Assembly: GCA_910574255.1 (NCBI GenBank)
Contig: CAJTAK010000001.1
Location: 83,779-147,778 of the forward strand
From: Clostridia bacterium
Lineage (GTDB): Bacteria; Bacillota; Clostridia; Lachnospirales; Lachnospiraceae
Reading direction: 5' to 3'
Length of the DNA: 64,000 bases
Shown: positions 46,020 through 55,858 of the stretch, piece after piece
Numbering within the stretch: the stretch's first letter is position 1
Layout: the number at the start of each line of letters is the position of its first letter
Notes under the pieces: model-generated
Databases searched by the model: none
What the model saw: the letters and a program-made list of their open reading frames with translations, nothing else
What the model was told of the DNA's origin: nothing
Program-made: the position numbers and the translations under genes

Positions 46020-46916
46020 TTAAAAGACAAATCCCTTGTCTTTGTTGTAGTAATAGGCCTTAGTTCCTAAAATCTCGTTTGCCTGTACCTGCATCATATT
46101 TACTTCCAGATTCATTTTGGTAAGGGAAATGGCATCAAGCCCGCAGGATTCAGGAAGCAGCAAGGCTTCATGTACGGAAGAAAAGATTACATAGAAACTG
46201 CCATACTTTCGAGTAAAATCTTTCAATATATCATCGAATAGTATCGTAACAGCTCCTGCAACCCTTTTCTTGTTTGACAGTACCCAAAAGGGGCAGTCAG
46301 AAGCCTCAACTTCTTTAAAATCCTGAGCTATGCTTTGCAGGACATTTCCCATGTTCTGCAGGCTGGCTCCCATCATAGCCCTTGTATTATGTATTGCATG
46401 AGATATCAGTGATTCCTGATCTACACCCCAAAGGTTTAAGTGATAGTTGTGTACCAGAAAACTTGCCGTTTCGTTTTCTGTTGCACTGACCATGCAGCGG
46501 ACAATAACCGCAAAGTCATCAAGGAACTGACGGTGGGGTACATCCTGCAGTAATTCCTTGTTAAGATGCCTGTTGACCAGTTCCACATAAATCTTTTTAC
46601 GGGGCAGATCGTAAGTTAAAAATGGGGCAGTATCAAAATGGCGGGGATAAACCTTTGAATCAGAATAAATCTGCAGGATTCTATCCATAACATCATCAAT
46701 AGATACACCATTATCAAGTGCTTCATAAAAAGATTCCAGATAAATGGTGGGGGAGATGTTTTCGTTGCCATGCCTGATTGTCAGTCCATCCAGCTTCTCA
46801 TTTGTCTTTAAGACTTTCTGGATGGAAAGGTGGAAGCTATCTCCTAATTTCTTAGAAAGTGCCTCCAAAATCTGTTGTTTCATTGCTTCTTTGTTCATGT
46901 ATTTTTCTCCTTTCAA
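46020..46916 (-). CDS. Hypothetical protein (298 aa), first gene of the minus-strand operon
   Basis: ORF only. Confidence 0.45.
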   Translation of the reverse strand: MKGEKYMNKEAMKQQILEALSKKLGDSFHLSIQKVLKTNEKLDGLTIRHGNENISPTIYLESFYEALDNGVSIDDVMDRILQIYSDSKVYPRHFDTAPFLTYDLPRKKIYVELVNRHLNKELLQDVPHRQFLDDFAVIVRCMVSATENETASFLVHNYHLNLWGVDQESLISHAIHNTRAMMGASLQNMGNVLQSIAQDFKEVEASDCPFWVLSNKKRVAGAVTILFDDILKDFTRKYGSFYVIFSSVHEALLLPESCGLDAISLTKMNLEVNMMQVQANEILGTKAYYYNKDKGFVF

Positions 46917-47534
46917 GGTTGTCTGGACAAAAAAGCAAACATCACTTTATGATGTCTGCCAGTCCATAAGTTACAGTTATCATATTTCACAAAACCTGCT
47001 ATTCGCCAAAATAGTCTTACACTGTATATTGTAGAAGGATATGCATATAAAATAAGAAAGCAGAAAGATAGGATGCTGTCTGTCGGGATGCTATCCAGTC
47101 GTGGAGTTATTCATTGAAGACCATTTTTTATAATGAAAGTGTATAGAGAAAAGGAAGTCATTTTTGACTGTTTGAAAAGGGGCCTTAACATAAGGCATTC
47201 ATCCATAATCTATACTTCTTATAAATATATCAGGGTGCTGTTTAGCATTGTTTAAAAGGGGATGTTTCGGCAGTTCCATACAGGGTACAGGATATATGAT
47301 ATTCCTGCGGACCTGACTACCGCCAACTTAGTTGACATCAGGGTGCCTTGCTTACAGGGTAATGTTATGAGGAAAATGGATGAACAGGGAAAGCGGTAAA
47401 AAGGAAGAATGATATACAGGGTTCATCGGATAAGATGAAGAGCAAAAACTTTTGTTTTTGGGTGGGAATGTCTTTTTGGGATGTTCCCGCTTTTTTATAT
47501 ACATAAAAATGTTCTGGAACAGGAGGTGAAATTG

Positions 47535-48140
47535 ATGAAGGAACATATCAAGCATTGGTATCCAAAGGACGAGAGATTTTTCAAAGTGTTATCCATAGCA
47601 GGGAATATCAGGCAGGAGGATGCCGCAAAGATAGATATTTCGACAAGCAGGCTCAAAAACATGGAGAAAGATAAGCTGATTGAGAAAGTGACTTATCCAT
47701 CCAGATATAATAAGAACCCAAGAAGCAATGTAAGTTATGCATTGACAAAGAAGGGGAAAGATTTTGTCTGTCAAAAGTATGGGATAAGCAGATGCCAGAA
47801 TGCACATGCAGCAGAACATAACTGCAAAGTTGCCGAGGTGATATGCAGTCTGGATAAAAAAGAGATTGAGACAGTGCAGGCAGAATGGCAGACAAGGGAT
47901 CAGATGGAAGAAGCACTGGAGCAGATGAGGCAGGAGGGTGATTATGACCAATATGACTATTACATGGATTTGTGGAAAGCAGGGCTTATCAGTGCGGTGG
48001 ATGTGGCATATATTTCCGTAAAGACAGGGGAGATGGTGTGCTGTGAGGTAGTAACAAACAGTTATAAAGATTCAGATAAACAGGCAAAGGAATACTGTGG
48101 GGAGATTTTGCAGATGGAGGTTGAGTATGTGAGGGTGTGA
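47535..48140 (+). CDS. Hypothetical protein whose 3' end is the recurrent junction of the downstream cassette array
   Basis: ATG at 47535 behind RBS AGGAGGTGA; the track start 47481 is in frame. The last 180 bp recur at 49212-49390 and the last 16 bp at 50935-50950. Confidence 0.5.
   Translation: MKEHIKHWYPKDERFFKVLSIAGNIRQEDAAKIDISTSRLKNMEKDKLIEKVTYPSRYNKNPRSNVSYALTKKGKDFVCQKYGISRCQNAHAAEHNCKVAEVICSLDKKEIETVQAEWQTRDQMEEALEQMRQEGDYDQYDYYMDLWKAGLISAVDVAYISVKTGEMVCCEVVTNSYKDSDKQAKEYCGEILQMEVEYVRV
47962..48140 (+). repeat. Cassette-junction repeat copy 1 (intact 3' end of gene 47535..48140)
   Basis: About 179 bp, about 85-88% identical to copy 2. Ends with ttgagtatgtgagggtg TGA. Confidence 0.85.
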
Positions 48141-48331
48141 TTGAAAAAGATAGTATTTTATATAAAATATTAGTATACAGATAATAAAAATAACAAAAAG
48201 CAGTTCATTAGTATTGTCAATTATGTGGGTATGTGATATAGTTCAATGGTAATATGTTGTGTAAAGGAAATGATTTTAGTGTGCACAAAGACGGGGAATG
48301 TGTAATATAATATATTTACAAAGGAGAAATA

Positions 48332-48967
48332 ATGCGATTTTCTAAAGTAAAAGAGAAACATATATATAATGTTATGTTCGACCCTGTTCGTCAATGTGAA
48401 TTTAATTTAACACATCCTGCAGTTGTCTTAAAAAAGAATAATGATAGTAAAACATGTGTTGTTATGCCCCTGACAACAGAACCTAATGGAGTTGGTGAAA
48501 ATAAAATTGATATTGGATGTATTTCTACTTTGCCAAGTTCGTTAAGGGGCAATAATACATATGCAGTGTTCAATCAAGTAAGAACAGTGAATGTCAACCG
48601 TTTTATAGCATTTAAAGAAGTGATTGACGGGCAAAATACACCTATAGATTGCTCAATGGATGATTTTACTTTTGGAATTTTGTTGCAAAAAGCATTATCA
48701 GATTTGACTTTTGCATACACAATTGACGAAAAAATGGATTTATATCAAAAATTGTATAATGAAGAAAAATTGAATAAGTGCATTAGTATTGCATATAATA
48801 TTAAAAGATTGGATGCAGAATTTGAGGCAATGAATAGCCAGCGGATTCTTTTAAACAATGAGCTTGGGCAGTTGCTTGATAATTTTGATTATGAATTATC
48901 TCAAACTGAACTAGAAAATGGAATTCAACAGGTCTTTGAAAATGCGAAAAAGTCTGTTGACAGTTGA
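48332..48967 (+). CDS. MazF/PemK-like toxin-fold domain fused to a roughly 100-aa helical C-terminal domain (cassette 1 cargo)
   Basis: N-terminus IYNVMFDPVRQCEFNLTHPAVVLKKNNDSKTCVVMPLTTEP matches the MazF/PemK signature (Y.P.RGDI…FDP..G.E…RPAVVLS….vVvPlTS). No antitoxin ORF upstream. Confidence 0.55.
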   Translation: MRFSKVKEKHIYNVMFDPVRQCEFNLTHPAVVLKKNNDSKTCVVMPLTTEPNGVGENKIDIGCISTLPSSLRGNNTYAVFNQVRTVNVNRFIAFKEVIDGQNTPIDCSMDDFTFGILLQKALSDLTFAYTIDEKMDLYQKLYNEEKLNKCISIAYNIKRLDAEFEAMNSQRILLNNELGQLLDNFDYELSQTELENGIQQVFENAKKSVDS

Positions 48968-49211
48968 TTGTTTATGTGTTATCCTAACTATTAAGAAGAG
49001 AGTTGATAACTCGGACAAAAAGTAGTATCGGGTATGAAATCCCAACAAAAAAGAAAATTCTAAATACAAAAAAGCATTGGATTTTAGTATTCAATGCTTT
49101 TTTGTTGTAAAACTTCTGATTGTACAAGAAATCTACTGTAAGCATAAAACAGGTTTGCTAATGTATAAGGATACAAATAAAGTGGATGCGAGCAACATCT
49201 GTCTGTAAGAT

Positions 49212-49390
49212 ATATGGATCTGTGGAAATCAGGGCTTATCAGTGCGGTGGATGTGGCATATATTTCTGCAAATACAGGGGAGAGGGTGTGCTGTGAGGTG
49301 GTGACGAACAGCTATAAAGATTCAGATATACAGGCAAAAGAGTATTGTGGGGAAATCCTGCAGACGGAGATTGAGTATGTGAGGGTGTAG
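49212..49390 (+). repeat. Cassette-junction repeat copy 2 (decayed duplicate of the gene 3' end)
   Basis: Aligns base-for-base with 47962-48140 (…cagggcttatcagtgcggtggatgtggcatatatttc…ttgagtatgtgagggtg TAG). It retains an open frame encoding …YMDLWKSGLISAVDVAYISANTGERVCCEVVTNSYKDSD…EYVRV*. Confidence 0.85.
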
Positions 49391-49702
49391 GGTAGGGAGA
49401 AACTACATTTAGATTTCAGAACAAAGAATGAAAAAAGGTATACTTATATTTTTATTGCAGTGAAAATATTCTTGTTTTAGAAAGTAGGAAATAGGTATAT
49501 GTAATCAAAAAAGATACATAAAAAGAGATAATAATATGATAGTAGTCTCTATATTACACATAATTTAACATGATAATATGTAAGTGTTTTTGTGTGGCAA
49601 TACAAAAAAAGTATTGTGTAAAAAGAGTCATTATAATTATGTGGAAAAATCTGAAAAATCGTGATATACTATACAAATCAAACTTAGAAAGAAGAAAAGT
49701 GT

Positions 49703-50521
49703 ATGGGGAAAAAGCGGTATACATTATATTTGGATGAAAGCAGGACTACCCAGGCACATCAAGGAACCCCTTTTTTTAGTATGGCGGGCATTGTTATACT
49801 GGATAAGCATTATCCAGTCATTCAAACAGAAATTGATGTGTTAAAGCAGAAAACATGGGGAGATTTACCTAATTACAAAGACATCATACTGCACCAGATG
49901 AATATTTCTAATGCGGCTAAGGATAAATTAGATTTTGTGAAATATCCTGAATATGAAAGATTCAAAAGCAAGCCATTTAGAAGGGAATTTAATAGAAATC
50001 TTGCGAATATATATGATTGTAAGAAAATTACGATTATTGGAAGCAGTATTAATGAATCATATTTGAAAAAGTGTTTTGAGGTATCCGTTGTTCAGGAAGG
50101 AAACAGGATTTATAGAAATGTACCTGATGAGAAATTGATTGCATTACAACTCTTATTGGAAAATTACTGTCAATTTTTATGTGAACATAATGGTCTTGGG
50201 AAAGTGATATATGAGTCTGTTGGAGATATACAGGATGAGGCTTTGCGGTGCAGGTTTTATAATATTAAACTTATGGGCTCAATGTATATTACACAAGATG
50301 CAATGGCAAACCATTTGCTTGGAATTGATTTTATCCCTAAGTGCCAGAATAATGCGGGGTTACAAATTGCAGATTTTGTACCTAATGCTTTTGCAAGAGA
50401 CCATGCGGGGTTTTATCAGATTGACAGGGATGAAATCTTATTTAATAAAATGAAATATTATAGATATGATGGTATGGTTGCAAGGGATAAGGATAGGTTT
50501 GGTGTTAAATATATGCCTTAA
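49703..50521 (+). CDS. DUF3800 family protein (cassette 2 cargo)
   Basis: N-terminal YTLYLDESR and C-terminal GLQIADFVPNAF match the DUF3800 signature. Confidence 0.65.
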   Translation: MGKKRYTLYLDESRTTQAHQGTPFFSMAGIVILDKHYPVIQTEIDVLKQKTWGDLPNYKDIILHQMNISNAAKDKLDFVKYPEYERFKSKPFRREFNRNLANIYDCKKITIIGSSINESYLKKCFEVSVVQEGNRIYRNVPDEKLIALQLLLENYCQFLCEHNGLGKVIYESVGDIQDEALRCRFYNIKLMGSMYITQDAMANHLLGIDFIPKCQNNAGLQIADFVPNAFARDHAGFYQIDRDEILFNKMKYYRYDGMVARDKDRFGVKYMP

Positions 50522-50766
50522 TATCCTATAAAAATGAAGTTTATATTAGTTTTTTCATTGTAAACAGATTTTTAATAGATTGTCTACATAAAATTAGAAA
50601 AATTGAATATTGACAAGCAGTGCTGCATATAGTAATATGGATATAGGGATTGGGAAGCAGTCTTGTCATATGCCAAGAACTAGTGTATTGGTATATGTAT
50701 CAGGAATAGAGTCCAAAGCTTGAGTATGCTAATAAGCATACAGCCGTAATCGAACCCTATATCGAA

Positions 50767-50797
50767 AGAGCTACCGTGCTAGGTGGCTCTTTTGTGT
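50767..50797 (+). terminator. Terminator-like hairpin downstream of cassette 2
   Basis: AGAGCTACC (50767-50775) pairs with GGTGGCTCT (50782-50790, one G·U) around loop GTGCTA, followed by TTTTGTGTT. Preceded by the small hairpin GTATGCT-aata-AGCATAC. Confidence 0.45.
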
Positions 50798-50934
50798 TGC
50801 AGAAACACTGTTTTTTAGGGTATCACGTTAAAAGATTTGCTGTGCTGGCTGTTAAAGTGTATGCATATGAAAATTATAATATCACGGTAGTGATTGACTT
50901 TATGGAAAGATGGTATAATGGAAAATATCACTAA

Positions 50935-50950
50935 TGAGTATGTGAGGGTG
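50935..50950 (+). repeat. Cassette-junction repeat copy 3 (16-bp core only)
   Basis: tgagtatgtgagggtg is identical to the last 16 bp of copies 1 and 2 (48122-48137, 49372-49387). Confidence 0.7.
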
Positions 50951-51274
50951 CAAAAATTATAAAGAAAAAAATTAGAATAGATTTACGGAGTACCGCTTGT
51001 GAGTAAAAAACTTCTGCTTGTGCATAAAATCTATTGTAATCCAGAAAATAGCCTGTATAATAAGTAAAAATATGATATTTAGCGATAAAAAGGCAGATGC
51101 TGGTAACATCTGCCTGTAAAATCCAGTGTGCAATCATTCGTCCACACACACTTGATTTCTGTATTATTATAACGTAAAAAGACAGAAAAACAATAGATTT
51201 ACTGTATGATAAACAGTATTTGAATGATAGATAGAATGATTGCTCCTGACATCTGTGATGAAGGGAGTATTTTT

Positions 51275-52912
51275 ATGGAATTTAGAACAATAGAGCAGGA
51301 TGCACAGCTTAAGACATTAGATGATTATTTTGAAGTGAGGAATCCATATCTTTTATCAGAATTTTTTAAGCGGGAAAATATCTATGATGATGACCTGCTG
51401 GCAGATGAAGGATGTTATACATTTTTTCAGGAAATCCATGCACATAACCTTAAAAGTATGCTTGTCAATTTTACCTGTATCTATGCACCGCCGATAGACA
51501 GGGATGCTTATGGGGCGAAGGATGCAATGGACATCCTTGAAGAAAAGCAGAAAGAGGATACTTTTGTTTTTGAGGTATTGATACCAAAAGGAAAAGTAAC
51601 GGAAAGAAAACTTAGGTCAATGGTGGCATTTGCGAACCATCTTGGAATGAGCATTTATATGAGCGTGGCAGATTATGTCAGGATGAAAAGGGTGTCGGAT
51701 AACTTGTATGGGGTAAGTTCCATTGTCCTTGATCTGGATACATACCATTCGATTTATGAGTATGATACGGATGAAGAAATGATGCAGGAGATGCGGCCAG
51801 TGATTGACAGGATTGGCATAGAGCCTAATATGTATATCAATTCAGGACGTGGCAGGTATCTTGTCTATTCTTTCAATAATATCAATTTAAGTGTCCCAGA
51901 AATGAGGAAGCTGTATCAGGAGACAGTAAAGAAGCTGATTTTCCAGTTTAAGGAGTTTGGAGCAGATGCGAAATGCTCCGATATCACAAGGGTATTCAGG
52001 GTTCCTGGCAATACCAACCCAAAGACAGGGGAGAAGGCATATATTGTGGAATGCGTTGAAAGCAGGGGAACCTTATCAGAACTTGCTGCGGCAGTCGGCA
52101 TATGCAAAGGGAAGACTGTATCTGAGAAGAAGAACAGGAGCAGGCAGAGAAAATATGAGATGTATCATCTCTCTTTAGGGAAGAGCAGGTATACAAAGGT
52201 CAATATGCAGAGGGATGATGATTTTAATACCCTGTTGGAGCTTCGGGGCTATGATATGGAGGGTTATAGGAATATTTTGTTTCATTTAATGTCGGTGAAC
52301 TGCTTTTATCTTGGCATGGATGAAGATTCCGTAAGGGATTATCTGGATGAAATAAACAGGTCATTAATTGTACCATATGATTCCCTTGATGCAGTCATCC
52401 GTTATGCAAAGTCTAACCATGAGAGGTATGAAGATGATTATGAGGGAGCTGTCAAATATACAAACCGCACGATTGTGGGGCTTCTTGATATCACAGAGGA
52501 AGAACAGAAGTATATGAAACAATTAATCGGGCAGGAAGAAGCCGACAAAAGGATAGAAGAATCTGGTAAAAAGAAAATAGATAACCAGATGAAGAAAAAG
52601 CGGGAAGGCACGGAGAAAAAAGCTGTCAAGTTAAAAGAAGAGATGCTTGCACTTAGATATGGCAAATTGCTTGACAATAAGCAGATTGCTCAGGAAGTCG
52701 GCAAAAATGAGAAGACAGTGGACAGGCAGATTGGGCTGACACCAAAGTTTGTGCTAGTTGGAAGGATGAGCAGGGAACAGGCAGTCTATTACTATTGCCA
52801 TTGGGAGCATAAAACAAATGTTGAGATTGCAGAGATTATGGGTATATCTGTAAGCAGCGTACATAATGCAAAGAGGAAATTGAAGGATATGGAACAGTAT
52901 GCTGACATGTAA
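51275..52912 (+). CDS. Replication initiator / primase-like protein (prim-pol-like N-domain, PriCT-like region, C-terminal HTH)
   Basis: …RVFRVPGNTNPKTGEKAYIV… resembles plasmid/phage primase-Rep catalytic regions. …YRNILFHLMSVNCFYLGMDEDSVRDYLDEIN… resembles the PriCT_1 motif. C-terminal sigma70-r4/LuxR-like HTH VEIAEIMGISVSSVHNAKRKL. ATG at 51275 behind RBS GAAGGGAG; the track ORF starts at 51224. Confidence 0.55.
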   Translation: MEFRTIEQDAQLKTLDDYFEVRNPYLLSEFFKRENIYDDDLLADEGCYTFFQEIHAHNLKSMLVNFTCIYAPPIDRDAYGAKDAMDILEEKQKEDTFVFEVLIPKGKVTERKLRSMVAFANHLGMSIYMSVADYVRMKRVSDNLYGVSSIVLDLDTYHSIYEYDTDEEMMQEMRPVIDRIGIEPNMYINSGRGRYLVYSFNNINLSVPEMRKLYQETVKKLIFQFKEFGADAKCSDITRVFRVPGNTNPKTGEKAYIVECVESRGTLSELAAAVGICKGKTVSEKKNRSRQRKYEMYHLSLGKSRYTKVNMQRDDDFNTLLELRGYDMEGYRNILFHLMSVNCFYLGMDEDSVRDYLDEINRSLIVPYDSLDAVIRYAKSNHERYEDDYEGAVKYTNRTIVGLLDITEEEQKYMKQLIGQEEADKRIEESGKKKIDNQMKKKREGTEKKAVKLKEEMLALRYGKLLDNKQIAQEVGKNEKTVDRQIGLTPKFVLVGRMSREQAVYYYCHWEHKTNVEIAEIMGISVSSVHNAKRKLKDMEQYADM

Positions 52913-52925
52913 GGGTATGGAGGAA

Positions 52926-52952
52926 TCCATATCCTATTTTTTGTTGTGGTGT
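52926..52952 (+). terminator. Putative terminator after the primase/Rep gene
   Basis: TATGGA-ggaa-TCCATA followed by tcctATTTTTTG. Confidence 0.4.
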
Positions 52953-53436
52953 AATGCAAAGTGATTTCTTAATCAAATACATAAATTTGAAACGGCTATT
53001 TTAAGACAATTTCTTTAAAAGGCATAAGGCTACCTAAAATACTAAAAACTCGCTCTACGAGGCTCACGGAAGCTCATAGAGACATAATACTATATCCTAA
53101 TTGTTAAAAAATTAAGAATAAATGAATTGTAAATATGGTTGTTGAGATAGAGATTATTCAAAATAGGAATAACATTAAAAACAAGAAAAAGCATCATTTT
53201 CATCAAATTTTTGAAATTTTAAACGGACAAAGATTTTTGGTCCGCTCGAAAGAGTATATGTTTGGTGGTATCAGTTTTTTTCTCAATTTTGCACACTTAT
53301 TATAAAAAGTATCATATGTGGATGTAGGACAATATGGGAGTATTGTGGGGAGATATTTCAGACATAGGAAGAGTATGTGAGAGCATAGTAAAGAGGGGGA
53401 TACCATATGGCCTCCCCCTTTTGATGATATAGAAAA

Positions 53437-54279
53437 TCATGCAACTATGTCTATATTGAAGTAATATCCAAGGACTTCCAAAGCCTTCTGGTCACGGTAC
53501 ATTTTCAAAACCACATCTTCTGGGAAACAGCATCTTTTTTTCACGATTGGCTCAAAATTGCCTATTAGGGAAATTTCCTTTAGGCAGGTGTCTTGAAATC
53601 CGTCAGGAGGGAAATACAAGGATTCTGCATTACTCCATAATGACAAGGATTCTAAACCATCTGCACCTGAAAAAGTGCGTTCTTCCAGCTTGTCAAAGCT
53701 GCCCTTTATTTCAAGAGATTTAAGGGAATGGCAGCCACTAAATAGATCGTTTCCTAATTGCTTAATCTGGTATCCTAAGTCCAGGGTTTCCAGACTGGTA
53801 CACCCTGCAAAAGCCCCATCTCTGACAGTCTTTAAAATGTAAAAATGTGCTTCTTTCAGGCTTTTACATCCTTTAAAGGCATTATAGGAGATTGTGTTTA
53901 GACCAGACTGTGCCCGAATAGATTGCAGGTTTTTGCAGTTTAAGAAGGTTTCTTCCTTAATAATATGCAGGCACCTTGGAAGCAGTATCTCTTCAAGTTC
54001 ACTGCCTGCAAAGCATCTCTTGCCAATTTTAAGACCTCTTGGCAGTTTTACATTTAGAACGTGTGCATTTTCCAAAGCACAGTCATCCAGATATTTTACA
54101 CCTTCCTCTATGCAGAGGAGGTTGATCCTCAGATAATCAAAACAATGGGGGCTGATGCGGTCAATCTGCTTTCCCTTATATTGATGTGGGATGATAAGAT
54201 AATCCAGCCTCTCCCACATCATGCTATGATTACATTTAACTAATGTGTTGGTTGTTTCGTCTATAACGAATCTTTCCAT
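53437..54279 (-). CDS. Leucine-rich repeat (BspA-type, LRR_5) protein, no signal peptide
   Basis: Repeated …F.gC.sL..i.l… units: CFAGSELEEILLP, FLNCKNLQSI, AFKGCKSLKEAHF, AFAGCTSLETLDL, FSGCHSLKSLEI. Confidence 0.65.
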   Translation of the reverse strand: MERFVIDETTNTLVKCNHSMMWERLDYLIIPHQYKGKQIDRISPHCFDYLRINLLCIEEGVKYLDDCALENAHVLNVKLPRGLKIGKRCFAGSELEEILLPRCLHIIKEETFLNCKNLQSIRAQSGLNTISYNAFKGCKSLKEAHFYILKTVRDGAFAGCTSLETLDLGYQIKQLGNDLFSGCHSLKSLEIKGSFDKLEERTFSGADGLESLSLWSNAESLYFPPDGFQDTCLKEISLIGNFEPIVKKRCCFPEDVVLKMYRDQKALEVLGYYFNIDIVA

Positions 54280-54587
54280 ATAAATTTCCTCCTTTTTGAT
54301 TTTCTAGTGTTATTGTCTCATATGGAAAAAGGGAAATCCAGAGATAGGAGAATTGGGACGTGCTGATTGAGCACGAAAGGAATATATTGATTAAAGAGTA
54401 AAAAGGGATGCTAAATTGATAATGGTTATTGGGAAATAGGTAGATGGATATAGGGGAAATGTTTTTTTTGTACAGATATGTTTTGTAAAACTGGTTGACT
54501 GATATGAACGAAAAATATAAAATAAATATAGAAAAATTTGTCAAAGTAATGGTTATTTGAAAAAATAAGATTGGGGATAAAGGGCTT

Positions 54588-55802
54588 ATGAATATACTTG
54601 TGATTGGGAATGGGTTTGATTTGGCTCATGGATTGCCTACAAAATATGAGAATTTTTTGGAGTTTTGTGAAAGAGTCAAAGGAATTTATGATTTTCCTAA
54701 AAATGCATCCTTAGGTGATTACAGAGCTAAATATATTGATAATTGGAAAATGAATGATTATATAAAGACTGCATTATTGGAGGATTTTGAGAGAAAGCAT
54801 AGCCAAGGTGTTAAGATTAGTAATAAAGCATTGGAGGAACTGTATAAGCATATTAGACAAAACACGTGGCTAGAATATTTTTTGAAATGTCATAGTTTTG
54901 TGGGGGAAAATTGGATAGATTTTGAGATGGAAATTTCGAGAGTTATTCAAAGTCTGGATCAATTAAGAGAGGTGACAAAAAAGAATTTAGATATTCAGCA
55001 AGTAGATCAAGAAAAGCAAGAAATATTAATGTCTTTGTTAAAAGCATCAAAAGGAAGTACGAAAACAGATTATGGGAGTATTAAAGGAATAGATAACTAT
55101 GTCCAATTTCTAAATGTAGAATTAGAAAGATTAATCAGAGCATTAGAAATATATATTGCAGAATTTATTGCTAAAATTTCGACATCTCTAAGAAATAGTG
55201 ATATAGGACAACTTGCCATAGGGCATGTGCTGTCATTTAATTATTCTGATACATATAAAAAATTATATGGAGCAAATAAAAAAATTAGATATGATTATAT
55301 TCACGGCATAGCCAACATTAATAATACATTACAATCTAACAATATGGTTTTAGGTATTGATGAATATCTTTCTATTGAAAAAAGAGATAAAGAAATAGAA
55401 TTTATTGCATTTAAAAAATATTATCAAAGGATATTTAAAGGAACAGGTTGCAAGTATAAAGAATGGTTTTTTGATATGAAAGAAAAAAGTAAAACTATAG
55501 AGTCTGAACTAAGGCATCAATATCCTGTACAAATTCCATTTGAAAAGTTTACAAATGATACAAAAAATTATCTTTATATCTTTGGCCATTCATTGGATAT
55601 AACAGATAAAGATATATTTAGAGATTTGATTTTAAACGATAATGTGTATACAACAATTTTTTATTATAACAAGAATGATTTAAGTTCAAAGATTGCAAAT
55701 CTTGTTAAAGTACTAGGGCAAGATGAATTAATAAAAAGAACTGGTGGCAGTACAAAAACAATTGAGTTTAAGTTACAACAGGATATGATGGAGAAAAAAT
55801 AA
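54588..55802 (+). CDS. abiH: AbiH-family abortive-infection protein
   Basis: N-terminus MNILVIGNGFDLAHGLPTKYENFLEF matches the conserved AbiH start (…IGNGFDL.HGL.T.Y.DF). 404 aa. Confidence 0.7.
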   Translation: MNILVIGNGFDLAHGLPTKYENFLEFCERVKGIYDFPKNASLGDYRAKYIDNWKMNDYIKTALLEDFERKHSQGVKISNKALEELYKHIRQNTWLEYFLKCHSFVGENWIDFEMEISRVIQSLDQLREVTKKNLDIQQVDQEKQEILMSLLKASKGSTKTDYGSIKGIDNYVQFLNVELERLIRALEIYIAEFIAKISTSLRNSDIGQLAIGHVLSFNYSDTYKKLYGANKKIRYDYIHGIANINNTLQSNNMVLGIDEYLSIEKRDKEIEFIAFKKYYQRIFKGTGCKYKEWFFDMKEKSKTIESELRHQYPVQIPFEKFTNDTKNYLYIFGHSLDITDKDIFRDLILNDNVYTTIFYYNKNDLSSKIANLVKVLGQDELIKRTGGSTKTIEFKLQQDMMEKK

Positions 55803-55858
55803 TTTTATGGAATTGTATTAAAAAATGATAAAATTTATTATAGGAGGGATAATTTAAA

